Source: a virus | Taxonomy: Duplodnaviria; Caudoviricetes | Virus record (IMG/VR): IMGVR_UViG_3300025835_000018 | Coordinates: 1 to 35,661 of that record | DNA: 35,661 bases | Direction: 5' to 3' (one strand) | In this document: piece after piece, positions 32,178 through 35,661 of the stretch | Position numbering within the stretch: position 1 is the stretch's first letter | Layout of the letters: each line of letters opens with the position of its first letter | Position numbers and translations under genes: made by a program | The notes under the pieces: generated by a model | The model's input: only the letters and a program-made list of their open reading frames with translations | Database searches by the model: none | Told to the model about the DNA's origin: nothing

Positions 32178-34391
32178 TCACGAAAAATCCACGAATAACG
32201 CTCCACTCCATCCACGAGGACGGTTGGAATCATTCTTGCATACACCAGGGATGGATTTCATAAAAGGAACAACTCGAATTTCAAAACTTCGTCGTTTGAA
32301 GCGGTGCTTCTCGCCAGCAAATTTATTAAAATGTCCCCACAAACTCTCGGTCGACAGGAAGGGATCACCACCTATATTCTTCTTAAAAAATTCATTTTTA
32401 TCATCTTCAGACAGCGTCTCGTAAGATCTGATATGTGTAGCTACAAAGTCAGCAATTGGATCAGATTGTCTGACAAGCTCTTGATACCTGTCCTTGCCGT
32501 CTTGGATTTCAGTGAAGCTTCCACGCTCCTCGACCATTTTAAAGGCGATTAAGCACTTGTGAATGATTGAGCCGTACTCGGGCGCAATTTTTTTGAATAT
32601 GTTTTTAATTTTAAGCTCTGGGTTTTTCTCAAGGTCCGTAACGCATGGCACAATAATAAGGCGACGCTGCATCCCACTTGTGGTATCTGGCAGAAAAGGC
32701 ATTTCATTATAAGAGATTATGAATTTAGCGTAGTTTACAAAAGAAAAGGCTCCCATGTGTTTAAACTCAGCTTCATAAGGATCATTCCCAGTGAGCTTTT
32801 TTAAGGGCCCGCTGGCACTAAAGGCAGACTTTGGCTCTTCAGCACAGAAGTTCACAAGCTTTCCCACAAGGCCACTAGCTGAGAACCTGTTGTCTTTAAG
32901 GGACTCTAAAGCCACGGACGATATATTTTTCATACCCACAAGGTTTTGAACAATATTAATAAAGGTGGTTTTTCCGTTAGCACCTGCGCCATCAAGAATC
33001 AGTATTTTATTGAAGTTCGAGTAATCACAGCCGCTTAGAACATAGCCGATAAACTCCATGAGGAGTTGTTTTTTGTCTTCTTGTTGAGAGGATATAAGGT
33101 CGAGGAACTTATCAAAGACAGGGGTATCTGTTTTTTCGCAGTAATCGTGTTCAATTTTATAGGTGAAGAACTCGTCTTGGTCGTGTGGGACAAGCTTCAT
33201 CATGTCTTTTAGGAGAATACCGTTTTTAAGATTGAGTTTATTTCTAGGGTTAATGAACTCGCCGTGGTAATAGCAACGTGTCCTGGCCATTTTAACGAAG
33301 TTTCCGGAGTGATGTGGGGTCAGTCTTTTTCCCGCCAGATCGTAGATGTATTTTTCAATGCCAAGTTTATCAATGGGCTCGTAGAAATCCCCGTTTGAAA
33401 TGTAGTTCATGTTTTCTTTTGACTTAAGGTGCATGACCTTTTGAGCGTACTCGGCAAAGCCATGATAATCGGGCACGGGTTTTTTCTTCCCTTCAGGGTC
33501 ATCGATGTAAAACCCAGTCTTTAGCTGTGGGAAGAGCTTGTATTTTGGATCTGGCTTAATGCTCTCGAATATTTCCTTTGCAAACTCGGTGGCGTTTTCT
33601 TTGGCATCTTTTGATTTTTTAAATTTCACGGGCCATTGGAAATAAAGGAAGCTCTCGCCTGTATTGATTTTTTTGTCAGCATCTAGGAGTTTTTCAACAA
33701 CGGACTCAAAGGGCTCATCCATGTACCTAAGCCTTGATCCAAGGCGACTTAAATAGTTGTGTGATCCTTTCTTGCACCTGCCTGGCAGGCTATAGAGCTC
33801 CATGGAGGTTTCTTTCTCACCCGCCACGGGGTCAGGCCTTAGTCTGTGGTTTATTTCATCAAGCCACTCTAGGATTTTTGGATCAAGTAGGGGTAGATCA
33901 TCAATGTCAATTTCAGTGAGTTTATTTCCGACCCACTCGTAGTAGACGCCACTTGGGTGTTTGCTTGGTGGCAGGACAGCCTGATTCCCAGTTGATAGGA
34001 TTTCAACATCGATGTGTTTGAACTTTTGGGCTTGCTCTCCGTTGTAGCGATAGAATCTAGCGGGTGGTTTTTTCCTATTGCCAATGCGTCCACAAAAAAC
34101 TGGTGGGAGCATTTTCGTAAGCTCTCTTCGAACCTCTACTTTTTTGGGGTTCACATCATCTTCTAGAATATCGATATCAAGGCATATGACGCCACTTGCT
34201 TCGCCGCAAATAAGGCCAAGGCCTTCGGATCTCGGCCACACCCAGTCATATTCGGGGCTTATTATTTGTTCTCCCCAGAGGCTCTGCCAGCCCTTACCAG
34301 CAACAGGTCGCTTTTCGCCATTAACAGGCGTTACCGAGTACCCGTGTTCTATATATTGTTCTGCCAGTTCTTTGATATGTGTTTGCTGCAT
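32178..34391 (-). CDS. Bifunctional PrimPol plus D5/P4-type SF3 primase-helicase
   Basis: GLICG..VICLDID, QAVLPPSKHPSG; LNLKNG, GAGANGKTT Walker A, LKKLTGND, NEMP, RRL. Confidence 0.93.
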   Translation of the reverse strand: MQQTHIKELAEQYIEHGYSVTPVNGEKRPVAGKGWQSLWGEQIISPEYDWVWPRSEGLGLICGEASGVICLDIDILEDDVNPKKVEVRRELTKMLPPVFCGRIGNRKKPPARFYRYNGEQAQKFKHIDVEILSTGNQAVLPPSKHPSGVYYEWVGNKLTEIDIDDLPLLDPKILEWLDEINHRLRPDPVAGEKETSMELYSLPGRCKKGSHNYLSRLGSRLRYMDEPFESVVEKLLDADKKINTGESFLYFQWPVKFKKSKDAKENATEFAKEIFESIKPDPKYKLFPQLKTGFYIDDPEGKKKPVPDYHGFAEYAQKVMHLKSKENMNYISNGDFYEPIDKLGIEKYIYDLAGKRLTPHHSGNFVKMARTRCYYHGEFINPRNKLNLKNGILLKDMMKLVPHDQDEFFTYKIEHDYCEKTDTPVFDKFLDLISSQQEDKKQLLMEFIGYVLSGCDYSNFNKILILDGAGANGKTTFINIVQNLVGMKNISSVALESLKDNRFSASGLVGKLVNFCAEEPKSAFSASGPLKKLTGNDPYEAEFKHMGAFSFVNYAKFIISYNEMPFLPDTTSGMQRRLIIVPCVTDLEKNPELKIKNIFKKIAPEYGSIIHKCLIAFKMVEERGSFTEIQDGKDRYQELVRQSDPIADFVATHIRSYETLSEDDKNEFFKKNIGGDPFLSTESLWGHFNKFAGEKHRFKRRSFEIRVVPFMKSIPGVCKNDSNRPRGWSGALFVDFS

Positions 34392-34440
34392 CTAGTTGTC
34401 TCCCATGTTGAGTTGACTATATATGGAGACGAGCATAAGG

Positions 34441-34461
34441 TTATGCACAGACTTATCCACA
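34441..34461 (+). promoter_or_regulatory. Two tandem DnaA boxes
   Basis: TTATGCACA (34441-34449) and TTATCCACA (34453-34461) both fit TTWTNCACA. Confidence 0.6.
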
Positions 34462-34544
34462 ATAGTATATGTTTAGGGGGAGATGGCTGCCTCCCCCAAG
34501 CAAGCCCGCTCATTAAAGCTCTACCCTCAATCAAAAATCAATAG

Positions 34545-34573
34545 TTGACACTCCCTCACCATGTAAATAATTT
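34545..34573 (+). promoter_or_regulatory. Sigma70-like promoter
   Basis: TTGACA-N17-TAATTT. Confidence 0.6.
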
Positions 34574-34580
34574 AAGTGGT

Positions 34581-34664
34581 GAGCGCTTAATACGATTCAT
34601 CGATAGTACGAGAGTGGTTTGCTACACACACTTATCAACTAGAAGTGTTAAGCGCTCGATTTTT
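34581..34664 (+). ncRNA. Candidate rod-shaped small RNA or leader
   Basis: GAGCGCTTAA/TTAAGCGCTC closing stem starting at predicted +1, inner pairings, T-tract after. Confidence 0.4.
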
Positions 34665-34729
34665 CTGTTGACCTCACGCTCATTCAAAGCCTATACAAAT
34701 ATAAACAAATATTATTAATAGGGGGTTCT

Positions 34730-34990
34730 ATGAGCTTAGAGGACGAGATCCGCGAGCAAGCATCAGTTTATTCAAAAGAGTTAGATAGGGTGAAGGATCA
34801 GTTTGCAGACTATCAAGAAGAGTTCTCAAAGCTTTCTGGGCTTTGCGACGCTTTCGAGAGTGAGCTTAAGCGCGCAAGCGAGAAGTGTTCGCTCTATGAG
34901 AATCTCTTAAGAAGAACAAGAGAGTTGATTCATGAAGAGGACTTTGAGGGTATCAAGCGCATCCATAGCGGCCTTGATATAAAGCTGTGA
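34730..34990 (+). CDS. Coiled-coil hypothetical protein
   Basis: AGGGGG RBS; first plus-strand gene after control region. Confidence 0.75.
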   Translation: MSLEDEIREQASVYSKELDRVKDQFADYQEEFSKLSGLCDAFESELKRASEKCSLYENLLRRTRELIHEEDFEGIKRIHSGLDIKL

Positions 34991-35097
34991 CCCCAGATGA
35001 GAAACACCTACTGACATTTCTAATTATGCTAATCCTAGGCTATGCCAGTGGATTCTTATTATTTTTATTGTCGGCCAGTGTGCCGATTGGAGGGTGA
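34987..35097 (+). CDS. 36-aa single-TM peptide (not in ORF track)
   Basis: GTGA overlap; MTPDEKHLLTFLIMLILGYASGFLLFLLSASVPIGG fills the gap. Confidence 0.5.
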   Translation: MTPDEKHLLTFLIMLILGYASGFLLFLLSASVPIGG

Positions 35098-35100
35098 GTT

Positions 35101-35391
35101 ATGATCCCAGAAAAAATCCGTTTATGGATCGAGGAGCGTTGGCCAGAAGAAAAAGATCATCCCATGGGCGAGTATTCTGTTGGCAATATCATAAGAGAAA
35201 AACAACAAGAATCCGCCACCGAGACCGCAGAGCATTTGCTTAAAGATGTTCAGGACTTGGTTGAAGGATTGAACCTCCTTTATCTTGGCGATTGGTCATC
35301 AATTTCTGGGGCTGAAACTTATAGCGATTATGCCGAAGAATTAATGGACAATTGGAACCAAAAGTACGGGGAGCAATCAGATGGAGGGTAA
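35101..35391 (+). CDS. Hypothetical acidic protein
   Basis: GGAGG RBS. Confidence 0.7.
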   Translation: MIPEKIRLWIEERWPEEKDHPMGEYSVGNIIREKQQESATETAEHLLKDVQDLVEGLNLLYLGDWSSISGAETYSDYAEELMDNWNQKYGEQSDGG

Positions 35392-35661
35392 AAAGACATT
35401 TTATATAAAGCCAAATGACTGCAAAGACATCGGGTGGGCCTACGAGATAGATGGGGCTGAGTATGCTGGCAACCTTGTTATTGATGTTGATAAAACTATT
35501 ATTATTAAAGGCGACCAGATAGTTGAAGGTCACCAGAGAGTTAAAGGCGACCAGAGAGTTGAAGGCTACCAGATAGTTGAAGGCTACCAGATAGTTAAAG
35601 GCGACCAGAGAGTTGAAGGCGACCAGAGAGTTAAAGGCGACCAGATAGTTAAAGGCGACCA
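35381..35661 (+). CDS. Hexapeptide-repeat (probable beta-helix) protein, 3' truncated
   Basis: GGGGAG RBS; MEGKKTFYIKPNDCKDIGWAYEIDGAEYAGNLVIDVDKTIII then [KE]G[DYH]Q[IR]V repeats to the end. Confidence 0.8.
   Translation, partial: MEGKKTFYIKPNDCKDIGWAYEIDGAEYAGNLVIDVDKTIIIKGDQIVEGHQRVKGDQRVEGYQIVEGYQIVKGDQRVEGDQRVKGDQIVKGD
35507..35661 (+). repeat. 18-bp tandem repeat, 8 full units plus a partial
   Basis: (A/G)AAGGC(G/T)ACCAGA(T/G)AGTT, with one GGTCAC variant. Confidence 0.97.

Noticed and set aside
32224-34544. Short ORFs within or opposite the primase and control region
   Set aside because: Shadow or alternative-frame ORFs without supporting features
35507-35661. CRISPR array
   Set aside because: Units are contiguous with no unique spacers and lie in a coding frame; no cas genes
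1-35661. tRNA, tmRNA or rRNA genes
   Set aside because: No cloverleaf or T-loop signature noticed in intergenic regions by eye; tRNAscan-SE/ARAGORN would settle it

Overview
A large part (possibly nearly all) of a tailed dsDNA phage genome, broken at both ends inside coding tandem repeats. The minus strand (about 34391 down to 8364) carries a PrimPol/SF3 primase-helicase, a ParB-like protein, a C5 methyltransferase and the terminases. It continues with a Mu-type head module (gp29-like portal fused to a MuF domain, protease/scaffold, gpT-like capsid), a non-contractile tail with a -1 frameshifted chaperone and 988-aa tape measure, two tail fibres and a lysis cassette. Lipoproteins and spanin-like genes point to a diderm host. 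The plus strand carries early and DNA-metabolism genes (N6-adenine methyltransferase, XRE, SNF2-like helicase, SSB-like, VRR-NUC) and a small moron with duplicated promoters and two lipoproteins. No integrase, transposase, PolA/PolB-family replicase, tRNA or CRISPR array was seen. The standout feature is that the portal-MuF gene is fractured by a naturally split intein whose N-half begins with Ala instead of Cys/Ser (class 2-like). Trans-splicing with a separate 76-aa gene would rebuild the MuF PPLHHN-CKS motif. Other notable items are an RHH gene with divergent promoters and an operator inside the tail module, recurring LSE candidate maturation sites, a candidate sRNA, tandem DnaA boxes, and combinatorial repeats at both ends. 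All family assignments come from motif recognition by eye, not from database searches.
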